Positions 35,274 to 45,347 are shown, counted from the stretch's first letter. The stretch: 64,000 nucleotides of DNA from Candidatus Dormiibacterota bacterium (GCA_027339635.1 DAHWNZ010000007.1:2610-66609), one strand, 5' to 3'. Notes: generated from the sequence alone by a model not told the origin. Numbers and translations are program-made.

Positions 35274-36526
35274 ACCGACGCCCCCTGCAGTCCCCCGGGG
35301 AGGTCGGCCGCCCCTCCCACGCGGCGCCAGAGGGACTCTTTCACCAGCCCAGAGCGGTCTGGGCCGTCGCCTTCGCCTCGGTGGTCTCCTTCATGGGAAT
35401 CGGGCTGGTGGATCCCATCCTGCCCCTGCTGAGAACCGAGCTCCACGCCACGGAAGCCCAGGTCTCGCTGATGTTCACCAGCTACTTCCTGGTGACTGCG
35501 GTCTTCATGCTCATCACCGGCTGGGTGTCCTCGCGGATCGGGGCCAAGCGGACCCTGGTCATTGGCCTGGTCCTGATCGTGGCATTCAGCGCTCTGGCAG
35601 GGCTCTCGTCCGGGGTCAATGAGATCGTCGTCTTCCGCGGTGGGTGGGGTATCGGCAACGCTCTCTTCATCGCGACCGCTCTGGCGACCATCGTCGGCGC
35701 CGCGAGCGGGGGCTTTGGCGCCGCGATCATGCTCTACGAGGCGGCGCTCGGACTGGGGATAGCGATGGGTCCTCTGGTCGGAGGGCTGCTGGGAGGCATC
35801 AGCTGGCGGGGCCCGTTCTTCGGGGTCACGGTGCTCATGTCGATAGCGCTGATCCTGGTGCTGACCCTGCTCGGCCCGACCCCCAAGCCGCCACAGCGCT
35901 CCTCGATCACCGATCCCATCAGGGCCCTCGGACACCGCGGACTTCTCACCATCGGAATGGTCGCCCTGCTCTACAACTGGGCCTTCTTCACCATCCTGGG
36001 CTACGCTCCCTACCCGATGCGGGTGTCGGTGCATGCGCTGGGCTTCATCTACACCGGCTGGGGCATTCTCGTCGCCATATTCGCTGTCCTGGTGGCGCCC
36101 CGGGCGCAGTCCAGGATGGGGACCGCCAGATCCCTCTACCTGAGCCTTGCCCTGATGAGTCTGGACGTGGCGGCAATCGGCATATGGGTAAACGACCGGC
36201 CGGTCCTGATCGCCGGAGTCATCATCAGCGGGGCCTTCATCGGTTTCAACAACACCCTGGTGACTGGCACTGTGATGAACGTGGCGCCGGTGCCACGTCC
36301 GGTGGCCTCGGCGGCCTACAGCTTCGTCCGCTTCTTCGGGGCCGGGCTCGCGCCGTTCTTGGCCAGCACCATAGCCGCAAGCAGCAACGACCACATGCCA
36401 TTCTTTCTGGCCGCCGCGACCGCTATGCTCTCGGTTCCCGTATTGGCCACAGCCCACCGCCTGGTCTCCGGAGCCCATGCGCGAGCGGCTGATGTCCCGC
36501 CGCCCGTGCCGGCCAAGGTGAGCTGA
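35270..36526 (+). CDS. MFS transporter (drug-efflux type)
   Basis: 418 aa, 12 TM helices. GWVSSRIGAKR motif A. ATGA overlap with the marR stop. Confidence 0.85.
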   Translation: MNRRPLQSPGEVGRPSHAAPEGLFHQPRAVWAVAFASVVSFMGIGLVDPILPLLRTELHATEAQVSLMFTSYFLVTAVFMLITGWVSSRIGAKRTLVIGLVLIVAFSALAGLSSGVNEIVVFRGGWGIGNALFIATALATIVGAASGGFGAAIMLYEAALGLGIAMGPLVGGLLGGISWRGPFFGVTVLMSIALILVLTLLGPTPKPPQRSSITDPIRALGHRGLLTIGMVALLYNWAFFTILGYAPYPMRVSVHALGFIYTGWGILVAIFAVLVAPRAQSRMGTARSLYLSLALMSLDVAAIGIWVNDRPVLIAGVIISGAFIGFNNTLVTGTVMNVAPVPRPVASAAYSFVRFFGAGLAPFLASTIAASSNDHMPFFLAAATAMLSVPVLATAHRLVSGAHARAADVPPPVPAKVS

Positions 36527-36565
36527 CCGGGTCGAGCGAGCCCGGTGACCGGTCCGCGCAGGCGT

Positions 36566-37894
36566 TCACCAAAGAGGTTGGCGGGCCACGACGGGATCCG
36601 CTTCGAGGCCGACTCCGAGGTGGCTCATCACCTCACCGACCACGTAGATGGACCCCAGGGTGAGGATCAGGTCGCCTGGGCCGGACGACTCCCGGGCGTA
36701 GTCCACCGCGCCGGCCACCGGTTCCACGATCCGCAGCGACCCGGGCCACTCGGCGGCGAGGAGCTCAGGGCTGACCGCCCGGGCCGAGGCCGCCTTGGTG
36801 AAGACCGTCTCGGCAAACGGCAACGACGAGAGCAGGGCCAGCATGCCCCGATGGTCGTGATCGCCCATGGATCCGAAGATCAGCACTGTGCGACGTCCCC
36901 CCATCAGGCGCCCGAGATCGGGCATGATCGCCTGCACCGCATGCGGGTTGTGCGCCGCGTCGACCACGATCCTTCTGTCCGCGGAAAGTGGCTCGAGCCG
37001 GCCCGCCCACACCACCTCCCCCAGGCCGCGGCGGATGGAGTCGTCGCCGATGGGCAGGCCGAGGTCGCCGATGCAGTCCGCGACCGCGACAGCCAGGGCG
37101 GCATTCGCCAGCTGCACCTCGCCTGCCAGCCCCACCTGGAGCTGGCTCAGACGCCGTGCGGGGGTCTCGACTGCGAACAGCCGCCGGTGTCCCCGGGATG
37201 CCTGAGGGTGGTAGCGGATCTCTTGTCCCAACTGCCAGAGGCGGGCCCCCGACCTCCGAGCCGCCTCGTTGACAACAGGGACCGCGTCTCCGCTGGCGCC
37301 AGACACGGCGAGGTTGCCCGGCTTGATGATGGCAGCCTTCTCGCGTGCGATCGCCGACACCGTGTTCCCGAGCTGGGCCTGGTGGTCCAGCCCCACCGAC
37401 GTCAGCACGGCGACGCCCCCATCCCAGACGTTGGTCGCATCCAGGCGGCCGCCGAGGCCGACCTCGCACACGGTGAGGTCCACACCGCTCTCCGCCGCCG
37501 CCAGAAAGCCCATGGCCGTGAGCAGCTCGTGGTGGGTTGGCAAACCGGCCGTGCTATCCATCATCCTCTCGGCCTCGAGCACCCGGCCCACCAGCTCCTC
37601 GAAGGCCTCCTCCGAGATGGGCTCGCCGTAAAGCCGGATGCGCTCGCGGTAGCTGGTGAGGTGGGGTTTGGTGAGTAGCGCCACCCGCAGGCCGCTGCAT
37701 TCCGCTATGGAGGCGACCATGGCGCAGACGGAACCCTTGCCGTTGGTCCCTGCCACCAGCACCCCCCGCAACCCGCGCTCGGGATTTCCCAGCGCCTGGA
37801 GCAGGGATCTGGTGGTGTCGAGGCCCAGTCGCATACCGCGGTGGCTGGCGCCGGCCAGCCGGTTCAGCGCCTCCTCATAGCTCACTTCTGGCAT
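36566..37894 (-). CDS. folC: bifunctional folylpolyglutamate synthase / dihydrofolate synthase
   Basis: Mur-ligase P-loop VAGTNGKGSV, with VLTSVGLDH and DAAHNP motifs. Confidence 0.9.
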   Translation of the reverse strand: MPEVSYEEALNRLAGASHRGMRLGLDTTRSLLQALGNPERGLRGVLVAGTNGKGSVCAMVASIAECSGLRVALLTKPHLTSYRERIRLYGEPISEEAFEELVGRVLEAERMMDSTAGLPTHHELLTAMGFLAAAESGVDLTVCEVGLGGRLDATNVWDGGVAVLTSVGLDHQAQLGNTVSAIAREKAAIIKPGNLAVSGASGDAVPVVNEAARRSGARLWQLGQEIRYHPQASRGHRRLFAVETPARRLSQLQVGLAGEVQLANAALAVAVADCIGDLGLPIGDDSIRRGLGEVVWAGRLEPLSADRRIVVDAAHNPHAVQAIMPDLGRLMGGRRTVLIFGSMGDHDHRGMLALLSSLPFAETVFTKAASARAVSPELLAAEWPGSLRIVEPVAGAVDYARESSGPGDLILTLGSIYVVGEVMSHLGVGLEADPVVARQPLW

Positions 37895-37903
37895 TCTGAG
37901 GCA

Positions 37904-38917
37904 GTGACACGTCGCGCGCAGCTGGTCGCAATGCTCCTGGTTCTATGCCTCGGAGCACTCGTCAGCGCCTGCGCCCAGCCCGAGCCCAGACGCCCCGTCC
38001 CACGGCCAACTCCGGTTCGTCTCGCCTTCGGAGTCCTCCCGCTCGGGGGGTTGAGTCCAACCGCCCTGGCGATCTCGGGGCCGTACCGGGCCGCATCTGG
38101 TCTGGCGCCGGTTCCCAGGCAGGTGCGGGCGGCCAGGGTGCCCAGCTCGCCAACGGTCTCCCTGGCGGATTTGGCCAAGGCGTTGGGTGTGCCCGGGCCA
38201 CCTATAAACACAGGTGACGGGCTGGCCTACAACCTGGGCGCCACCAGCGGCTATCAGCTCACGGGGACCCCCAATTCCCAGGACTTCAACTTTCATCCCA
38301 ACACCCCGGTGGACGAGACGGGCGCCACGCCGTCGGTCGCCTCAGCGAACAGCTTCGTGGAGCACTTCCTGGCAGCCCACAACCTGCCGGGCCCGAACGA
38401 GGGATTGGCGCCTCTGGAGCAGCTGACCACGGCCCACGCCGCGGACAGACGGGTCTTCTTCCAGTGGACGCAGGACGGGTATCCGCTGGTCGACATCTCC
38501 GGCACGCCACAGGAGTTCTATGCGGATGTGGCTGCCAACTACAGAGACCAGCTTTCCCTGGTGGGTCTCTCTGGAGCCGTGCCCCAGCCAATCCTGGGCC
38601 GCCCCGCCGACTACCCCGCCACCTCGACCAAGCTCTTGGTCTCCGACCTCAACCGGGGCCTGCTGGCCCCGGGGGACTACCTCCTCCAGGCTGACGGGCA
38701 GCCATATCCGGCAGTCTCTGCAGGAGAGCCAGGTGGAGCGGCGACGATCACCGCGTGGAGCGCGGCCGTGGTGGACAGCGCGGGGTACGCGGTTCCGGTG
38801 CTCGTGCTGCAGGTAAGCGGCAGAGCACCGGTGACCCAGTTCGTGATGTGCGCGGCCGCGACCGACGCCTGCGCTCCCCTGCGCTACTCAGCCGGGGGCG
38901 CCACCTCGTCTCCCTAG
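37904..38917 (+). CDS. hypothetical lipoprotein
   Basis: Signal peptide with lipobox LGALVSAC. Pro-rich linker followed by an uncharacterised domain. Start is GTG 37904 or ATG 37931. The ORF extension to 37841 overlaps the folC start. Confidence 0.55.
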   Translation: MTRRAQLVAMLLVLCLGALVSACAQPEPRRPVPRPTPVRLAFGVLPLGGLSPTALAISGPYRAASGLAPVPRQVRAARVPSSPTVSLADLAKALGVPGPPINTGDGLAYNLGATSGYQLTGTPNSQDFNFHPNTPVDETGATPSVASANSFVEHFLAAHNLPGPNEGLAPLEQLTTAHAADRRVFFQWTQDGYPLVDISGTPQEFYADVAANYRDQLSLVGLSGAVPQPILGRPADYPATSTKLLVSDLNRGLLAPGDYLLQADGQPYPAVSAGEPGGAATITAWSAAVVDSAGYAVPVLVLQVSGRAPVTQFVMCAAATDACAPLRYSAGGATSSP

Positions 38918-38957
38918 GCCCTGGGTGCTGTTGGCGTCGGACCGGCGCGCCCCTTCG

Positions 38958-40352
38958 TCACGCGACCTTGACCGCCGCCACCAGCTTGGTCAACGAGTCC
39001 TTGGCGTCGCCGAAGAGCATCACCGTCTTGGGGTCGTACAGGAGCTCGTTGTCTATGCCGGCGAAGCCTGGCCGCATCGATCGCTTCAAGAACACGATGT
39101 TGTGCGCCTGATCAGCGTTCAGGATTGGCATCCCGAAGATGGGACTACCGGGAGATGACCGGGCGGCGGGATTGACCACGTCGTTGGCCCCCACCACCAG
39201 CGCGACGTCGGCCGATCTGAAGTCGTCGTTGATCTCATCCATGTCCTTGAGCTGCTCGTAGGGGACGTTCGCCTCCGCCAGCAGCACGTTCATGTGTCCG
39301 GGCATCCTGCCCGCCACAGGGTGGATGGCATAGTCCACAGCGACGCCCCGCTTTTCCAGCGCGTCGGCCAGCTCGCGCACCACGTGCTGGGCCTGGGCCA
39401 CGGCGAGCCCGTAGCCGGGCACGATGATGACGCGCTTTGAATACGCCAGGAGGGTGCCGAGATCTTCAGCCGACCCTGAGCGCACGCTGTGCTGGCCGGC
39501 CACGGCGACCTCGGGGCCGACCAGAACCTTGCCGAAGGCGCCAAAGAGCAGATTCCCCAGCGACCGGCCCATGTTGTTCGACATCATCATGGTCAGGAAG
39601 GTTCCCGACGCCCCCACCAGGGTGCCTCCGATGATGAGGATGGGCAGCCCGAGCACGAACCCGTCCCCAGCCACGGCAAGCCCGGTGAAGGCGTTCAGCA
39701 TCGAGATCACGACGGGCATGTCGGCTCCGCCGATGGGCAGCACGAACGCGACACCCAGGGCCAGCGCCAGCAGGAGCAGGATCCAGACCCCGAGCAGGCC
39801 GATCCCCGGCACCACCACGAGCACTCCGACGACCACGATCGCGGCGGCCACAACGCCGTTGGCGGGCTGCTGCCCCCGGTAGGTAATCGGGGTGCCGCGC
39901 ATCAGTTCCTGCAGCTTGGCGAAGGCGATGCCTGACCCGGAGAAGCTGACCGCTCCGATCACGACCGCGAAAACCGCGGAGATGGAGAGCAGCAGGGAGG
40001 CAGAGGTCCCCTTGGGCACCATCAGCATCTCTATGATCGCCACCAGCGCTGCGGCGCCTCCTCCCACGCCGTTGAAGGTTGCCACCATCTGGGGCATCGC
40101 GGTCATCTTCACCGCTCGGGCCGCCACCGCCCCAACCGGGATGCCGATCACGACCGCCACCGCCATCAAGATCAGGTTGATGGTGGCGTGGTGCAGGATG
40201 AGGGCCGTGGCCAGGATCGCTATGAGGGCGCCGGCCGCGGCCACCAGGTTGCCGGAGCGAGCGTGCTTGGGAGAGCTCAGCTGGTGCAGCCCAAGAATGA
40301 ACAGAGCGCCCGCCAGCAGGAAGAGCAGGGTAACCCCTGGGGTGAGGTGCAT
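38958..40352 (-). CDS. pntB: NAD(P) transhydrogenase subunit beta
   Basis: N-terminal LFILGLHQLSSPKHARSGN membrane domain. The C-terminal dIII NADP(H) domain has GYGLAVAQAQ and PVAGRMPGHMNVLLAEA. Confidence 0.9.
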   Translation of the reverse strand: MHLTPGVTLLFLLAGALFILGLHQLSSPKHARSGNLVAAAGALIAILATALILHHATINLILMAVAVVIGIPVGAVAARAVKMTAMPQMVATFNGVGGGAAALVAIIEMLMVPKGTSASLLLSISAVFAVVIGAVSFSGSGIAFAKLQELMRGTPITYRGQQPANGVVAAAIVVVGVLVVVPGIGLLGVWILLLLALALGVAFVLPIGGADMPVVISMLNAFTGLAVAGDGFVLGLPILIIGGTLVGASGTFLTMMMSNNMGRSLGNLLFGAFGKVLVGPEVAVAGQHSVRSGSAEDLGTLLAYSKRVIIVPGYGLAVAQAQHVVRELADALEKRGVAVDYAIHPVAGRMPGHMNVLLAEANVPYEQLKDMDEINDDFRSADVALVVGANDVVNPAARSSPGSPIFGMPILNADQAHNIVFLKRSMRPGFAGIDNELLYDPKTVMLFGDAKDSLTKLVAAVKVA

Positions 40353-40428
40353 CAGCCTGCAGCCGTCCTGGCCCCGACTGATCTGGCCCAAGGCCCCAGA
40401 CCAGATCGACTGAATGCTCGGGTCCGGC

Positions 40429-40734
40429 TCACGGTTGGCCCGGCCCGTGGCGCCCGCGGCTCTTGAACATCTCCAGCATGCGGTCCGTCACCACATAGCC
40501 ACCGACCATGTTGACCGTGGCCAGCAGGACGGCCACGAAGCCGAGGCTAAGTTCGAGGGGCCCGCGGGCGGACGCCATGATCACCATCGCCCCCACCAGG
40601 ATCACGCCGTGGATGGCGTTGCTGCCTGACATGAGGGGGGTGTGCAGGATCGTGGGAACCTTGGAGATGACCTCAAAGCCGAGGAACACCGACAGCACGA
40701 AGATGGAGATCTCATTGACCAACTGGGGACTCAA
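40429..40734 (-). CDS. pntAB: NAD(P) transhydrogenase subunit alpha part 2 (membrane)
   Basis: 101 aa. LHTPLMSGSNAIHGVILVGA is the conserved PntA dII segment. Confidence 0.9.
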   Translation of the reverse strand: MSPQLVNEISIFVLSVFLGFEVISKVPTILHTPLMSGSNAIHGVILVGAMVIMASARGPLELSLGFVAVLLATVNMVGGYVVTDRMLEMFKSRGRHGPGQP

Positions 40735-41873
40735 GGGACGGCCTCCCTCCGCTCGAAGGATTCCCGCAACAGTCGGTTGCGGACCTCTCCGGCGTGCACC
40801 GCGAGCACTGCCCCGGTGATCTCGTCCTCCAGGTCGACCACCAGCTTTCCATCGGTGACCAGGTGGCCAATGAGAGCGGCGAGGTTGCGGGCCAGCATCT
40901 GGCTGGCTGTGGCCGGGACGGTGGCGGGCAGATCCTTCCAGCCGAGGATGGTGACTCCACCCGCCACCACCTCCTCCCCAGGGCGCGTCAATTCGCAGTT
41001 GCCCCCGGTGTCCGCCGCGAGGTCGACGATGACCGACCCAGGCCTCATGCGGGCCGCCACCTCCTTGGTGATGAGAATCGGCGCCCTGCGCCCGGGTATC
41101 GCCGCCGTGGTGATCACCAGGTCGCTCTGCTCTATGCGTTGGGCGATGAGCTCACGCTGCTTGGCCAAGAACTCCTCGCTCTGCTCGCTGGCGTAGCCGC
41201 CCTCGCCCACCTGGGCCGCGAGCTCCAGCTCCACGAAGGTTGCGCCCAGGCTCTGGACCTCCTCCTTCACCGCCGGACGCACATCGGTCGCCTCGACCAC
41301 GGCGCCCAGACGGCGCGCCGTGGCGATCGCCTGCAGGCCGGCGACGCCCGCCCCCATGACGAGCACCCGGGCTGGCGCGATGGTGCCTGCGGCCGTCATC
41401 TGCAGAGGCAGGATCTTCGGAAGGCGGGCGGCCCCCAGCAGCACCGCCTTGTACCCGCTGATGGATGCCTGTGAGGACAGGGCATCCATCGCCTGGGCCC
41501 GGCTGATTCGGGGAACCAGCTCAAAGCTGAAGGCGCTGATCCGCCGGTTCACCAACTGCTCGATCACGGACCTCTCGGTCGTCGGTGGCAGGAAACTCAC
41601 CAGGGCGGAACCCGCCGGCAGCAGCCCCGCCTCAGGCAGTGTGGGGGCCCGCACCTTGCAGACGATGTCGGCGCCGCTCAGGCAGTCGGCCGGGTTGGCC
41701 GCGATCGCGGCGCCCGCGTCCCCCAGCACCTCGTCGGAGTATCCCGCCTCGACCCCGGCGCCCGACTGGACGACGACTTCTATCCCCAGCGCCCTGAGCC
41801 GCTGGATGGAGTCCGGGCTCACCGGGACCCGCCGCTCTGCCTTCTCCGCCTCCTTGAGAACAGCGAGCTTCAT
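40731..41873 (-). CDS. pntAA: NAD(P) transhydrogenase subunit alpha part 1 (dI)
   Basis: Alanine-dehydrogenase-like fold with VLVMGAGVAGLQAIATARRLGA. ATG 41873 (MKLAVLKE...). 4-nt overlap with pntAB. Confidence 0.9.
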   Translation of the reverse strand: MKLAVLKEAEKAERRVPVSPDSIQRLRALGIEVVVQSGAGVEAGYSDEVLGDAGAAIAANPADCLSGADIVCKVRAPTLPEAGLLPAGSALVSFLPPTTERSVIEQLVNRRISAFSFELVPRISRAQAMDALSSQASISGYKAVLLGAARLPKILPLQMTAAGTIAPARVLVMGAGVAGLQAIATARRLGAVVEATDVRPAVKEEVQSLGATFVELELAAQVGEGGYASEQSEEFLAKQRELIAQRIEQSDLVITTAAIPGRRAPILITKEVAARMRPGSVIVDLAADTGGNCELTRPGEEVVAGGVTILGWKDLPATVPATASQMLARNLAALIGHLVTDGKLVVDLEDEITGAVLAVHAGEVRNRLLRESFERREAVP

Positions 41874-42148
41874 GTTCGCAATCCTAGCGATCGAGATGGC
41901 AGTTGCACGAGGGTGGTTGCCCCCCAACTTGCGGGGGATCCCATTCGGCGGCTACCACCGGGCCCCGGCGGGCGCCGCGGTGGATGGTCCCCGGCGAAGG
42001 CGAGGGGGCAAGGCGGGCTGACCGCTGCTCCAGGACAAGTTCTGATGGGCCCGGGACCCGCCCGGGGCTGTTCCGAAAGCGGGCGGCGACCTGGGTCGGC
42101 CAAGCCGTTCCGCGCCAAGGGGGTGCCGTCTCCGTCATCCTATGCGGC

Positions 42149-43648
42149 ATGCCCGGAATAGATTCCTACCTGCGCCGGATGCTCCAGGGTTGGCAGACGA
42201 TCGTGGTCGCCAACCGTCCCCCGATAGACGTCCGCACCGGCGATGATGGCGTCGAGCGCGTCACCCGCGGTGGTGGCGGCCTGGTGACGGCCATGGCATC
42301 CGTGGCCAAGTCCAGCAACTCCACCTGGGTGGGAGCGGCCAGGGGTCAATCGGACCTGGATCTCATCGAGCGGTTCGGCAAAAACGGCGTCGTGGAGTTG
42401 ACCACGGAGGACAACGAGAGCTTCCGGGTGGTCTTCGTCGAACCCGATCCGGAGGCCTACGACCTCTACTACAACCAGATCAGCAATCCCCTGCTCTGGT
42501 TCATCCAGCACTACCTTTGGGACCTCGGCCGTCAGCCGATCCTGGACTCCAGGACAGGGCGGGCCTGGCGCGAGGGGTACGTCAGGGTGAACCAGGACTT
42601 CGCCGACAAGGTGGTGGAGGTGGCGGGAAGGTCGCGCTCACGTCCTCTCGTGATGACGCAGGACTACCACCTGTACCTCATGCCGGGAATGGTCCGGGCT
42701 CGCCTGCCGGAGGCTCGCCTGCAGCACTTCATCCACATCCCCTGGCCCACGCCGCAGTACTGGAAGGTGATCCCGCGACACATGCGTGACGGCATCCTCA
42801 CCGGGTTGCTGGGCAACGACGTGGTGGGCCTGCAGACCAGCCTCGACGTGCGCAACTTCCTCATGACCTGCGAGGAGAACCTGGGCCTGGGGGTGGATCA
42901 CCGCCAGCGGATAGTCTTCTATGAGGGCAGATCGGTGTGGGTCAGGGCCTACCCCATCTCCATCGACATTCGGGGCATGACGGAGATGGCGGCGAGCCCG
43001 GCCGTGCACCGTGAGGAGGAGCTCATAGACTCCTGGCGGCCGGAGTTGCTGATCCTGAGGGTCGACCGCACCGACCTCAGCAAGAACATAGTGCGAGGAT
43101 TTCTCGCGTATGAGCGGCTGCTCGAGACTCATCCTGAACTGCGCGGCCGGGTCGTGTTCTGGGCCCTCCTGCAGCGCAGCCGGCAGAATGTCGACGCCTA
43201 CCGCTCATACCTGGGTGCCCTGGTGGCGGCCACCGCGAGGGTCAACCGCCGCTTTCAGACCGGTACCTGGCTGCCGATCCGGCTGGAGGTGGCGGACAAC
43301 CTGCATCGTGCGGTGGCTGCTTACAAGTCCTACGACGCGCTGCTGGTGAACCCCATCTACGACGGCATGAATCTGGTGGCCAAGGAGGGCGTGCTGTGCA
43401 ACGAGCGGGACGGCGTCCTGGTGCTGAGTGAGAACGCCGGCAGCTACGAGGAATTGGGCCAGCACGCCCTGGGCATCAACCCCTTCGACATCGACCAGAC
43501 CTCCGAGGCACTCCACACCGCGCTCACCATGCACAAGCGTTACCGGGCGAACCGGGCCAGGCAGCTGCGGCAGGTGGTGCGGCGCAATGACATCACCCGC
43601 TGGATCAGCGACCAGCTGCAGGACTTGAACGATCTTCTGGCGCAATAG
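42149..43648 (+). CDS. otsA: alpha,alpha-trehalose-phosphate synthase (GT20)
   Basis: VVANRPP, LWFIQHYLW, QDYHLYLMP, RVDRTDLSKNI and DGMNLVAKE are OtsA motifs. Start ATG 42149; the upstream ORF part is rejected. Confidence 0.9.
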   Translation: MPGIDSYLRRMLQGWQTIVVANRPPIDVRTGDDGVERVTRGGGGLVTAMASVAKSSNSTWVGAARGQSDLDLIERFGKNGVVELTTEDNESFRVVFVEPDPEAYDLYYNQISNPLLWFIQHYLWDLGRQPILDSRTGRAWREGYVRVNQDFADKVVEVAGRSRSRPLVMTQDYHLYLMPGMVRARLPEARLQHFIHIPWPTPQYWKVIPRHMRDGILTGLLGNDVVGLQTSLDVRNFLMTCEENLGLGVDHRQRIVFYEGRSVWVRAYPISIDIRGMTEMAASPAVHREEELIDSWRPELLILRVDRTDLSKNIVRGFLAYERLLETHPELRGRVVFWALLQRSRQNVDAYRSYLGALVAATARVNRRFQTGTWLPIRLEVADNLHRAVAAYKSYDALLVNPIYDGMNLVAKEGVLCNERDGVLVLSENAGSYEELGQHALGINPFDIDQTSEALHTALTMHKRYRANRARQLRQVVRRNDITRWISDQLQDLNDLLAQ

Positions 43649-44486
43649 GCGCCGGACTCAGGCGCGCGCCCCGGGGCAGGCTGTCCGCCAGCTGCTGCAG
43701 CAGCTCCGCCCACGCCTTTGGCCCGTCCAGGCAGCGGTCCGCCACCTCACCAAGACGCGGGCTGCCATCCTGCCCCAGGATCCCGATGGCCAGCGCAAGC
43801 TCCATGTCCTGGCGCCGACGGTGGAGCTCCTCCATCGCCGGGAGGTCGCCCAGGTCGTCTCCGGCGAAGACGCACCCGCGCGGCTCCAGCCGGTCTAGGA
43901 TCGCGGCCAGCGCGGTCCCCTTATTGCCACTCCGGGGGGGCCGGAGCTCCACAACCAGCTTGCCCCTGACCACGTCAAGACCCTCATGCGACGCCACCTG
44001 GTCCACCATGCGGCGCACCAGCTGCGCCGCCCGCCTCGGTTCGGGCGAGTTGCGGTAGTGCACCGCCACTCCCATGGCCTTGGTTTCCACCTGGACGCCC
44101 GGGAGCCAGTCGGTCAGATCCTGGAGGTCTCGGGCAAGGCGAACCAGCCGCTCCGATGGCGGTGGACGGTCCGGTAGGCGCTCGTCTGAGGTCAGCCGCA
44201 TCCAGGGCTCCAGGCCGTAGCTGCCCAGCAGCAGCACCCCGGGGATGGGACACTGCTGGGCCAGGTTGGCGAGGTCGCGAGCGCTGATCACCGCGACAGG
44301 GGTCTTGGCGGCGAGCTGTGCCAGGGCCCGGCTGGCCTCGGGCAGCGGGCGGGCCCGTTTCGGGTCGCGGACGACCGGCGCGATCGTGCCGTCGAAGTCG
44401 GTGGCGATGAGCAGGCTGCCCCTTCGGGCCAGGCGTAGGAGGGGCGCGACCAATGGCAGACGGCGCGTTCCGGCGTGCGGTCCCAC
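43605..44486 (-). CDS. otsB: trehalose-phosphate phosphatase (HAD-IIB)
   Basis: HAD motif I ATDFDGTIAP, motif II ISARD, NKG, and motif IV AGDDLGD. The GTG 44486 start is approximate. Its 3' end overlaps the otsA 3' end by 44 nt. Confidence 0.8.
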   Translation of the reverse strand: MGPHAGTRRLPLVAPLLRLARRGSLLIATDFDGTIAPVVRDPKRARPLPEASRALAQLAAKTPVAVISARDLANLAQQCPIPGVLLLGSYGLEPWMRLTSDERLPDRPPPSERLVRLARDLQDLTDWLPGVQVETKAMGVAVHYRNSPEPRRAAQLVRRMVDQVASHEGLDVVRGKLVVELRPPRSGNKGTALAAILDRLEPRGCVFAGDDLGDLPAMEELHRRRQDMELALAIGILGQDGSPRLGEVADRCLDGPKAWAELLQQLADSLPRGARLSPAPIAPEDRSSPAAGR

Positions 44487-44541
44487 CTTCTGATCATAGG
44501 AGGCATGGCCCTGGGACCCCGCATCCGGTAACCTGCACTGG

Positions 44542-44934
44542 ATGCTAGACCCGCACTCGTCCGACGAGCCCATCTCCCAACTCGTCCAGCAGCTGGGAGA
44601 CGACCTGCGCCAGCTGGTGGCCGACGAGGTCGCGCTTGCCAAGGCCGAGCTCAAGCACACAGCCAGACGTGGCATTCGGGTCGCCGCTGGGGGAGCGGTT
44701 GCCGGGGTCGGGCTCGGGCTGTTCGCCATGTTCGCCCTGGTGACCCTGGTCGAATGGCTTCCGAACCACACTCTGGTGGCGGGGATCGTGGCCCTTGTCG
44801 GACTGGCGATGTTGATTGGGGGAGCGATGGTGGTCTGGGCCAACCGCCATCTGTGGCCGTTCACCGCTAGCAAACAGAGCTTGAGTGAGGACCTTGAGTG
44901 GGCACGACAGCAGACCAAGCGCGCGCACAGGTAG
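44542..44934 (+). CDS. holin-X / phage-holin-3_6-like small membrane protein
   Basis: 130 aa. ISQLVQQLGDDLRQLVADEVALAKAEL is followed by two TM helices, the typical actinobacterial 'putative holin-X' layout. Confidence 0.7.
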   Translation: MLDPHSSDEPISQLVQQLGDDLRQLVADEVALAKAELKHTARRGIRVAAGGAVAGVGLGLFAMFALVTLVEWLPNHTLVAGIVALVGLAMLIGGAMVVWANRHLWPFTASKQSLSEDLEWARQQTKRAHR

Positions 44935-45347
44935 TCGCGACCAGATCTCGGGTGGACTCCACCCTGGACCGGATCGAATCGCGCCTGCGCCAGGAGCTCG
45001 ACCCCAAGCGACGGCTCCGGCGTGACGGCCCGAGGATCGCGTTAGCGGTCGGGGTCGCGGGGGTTGTCGGCACCGTGTATCTCCTGCGCCAGAGGCGCCG
45101 CCACGCAGCCGACCCGGAGACTCGTGACTGGATCGAGACCATGCCCGAGGAGTGGCGGCTGCGGCTGCAGGAACTTCTGGCGGAGGCCGCCGGGCACGCG
45201 GACCCGGCCGGCCATGGCCGCGGCTCCAAGAGGTCTCGAGGCCTGGCCCAGTCGCTGGCGCTGCGAGTCGGCAAGATGGCCCTGCCCATCGCCATGAACG
45301 CCGTGGCGGAACGCCTCGCGGGCCGCCAGGGGGAGCAGTTGGCCTGA
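44898..45347 (+). CDS. DUF3618-like protein
   Basis: The N-terminal helix QARAQVVATRSRVDSTLDRIESRL plus one TM helix (IALAVGVAGVVGTVYLL) is the usual partner of holin-X genes. GTG start. Confidence 0.6.
   Translation: MGTTADQARAQVVATRSRVDSTLDRIESRLRQELDPKRRLRRDGPRIALAVGVAGVVGTVYLLRQRRRHAADPETRDWIETMPEEWRLRLQELLAEAAGHADPAGHGRGSKRSRGLAQSLALRVGKMALPIAMNAVAERLAGRQGEQLA

Noticed and set aside
35258-37678. Long ORFs 35258..36478 (-) and 36545..37678 (+)
   Set aside because: They are antisense to the MFS transporter and to folC respectively. Both real genes carry clear family motifs, while the antisense products are low-complexity.
41903-42148. 82-codon N-terminal extension of the otsA ORF; similar extensions at 50971-51393 (MetF-like), 4456-4716 (DUF1015), 54365-54553 (protease), 28369-28482 (PRODH), 29328-29468 (P5CDH) and 641-934 (rpsF)
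   Set aside because: The extensions are Arg/Gly/Pro-rich and overlap neighbouring genes or their antisense. They precede better-placed starts, several with SD motifs. Family homology starts only downstream of them.
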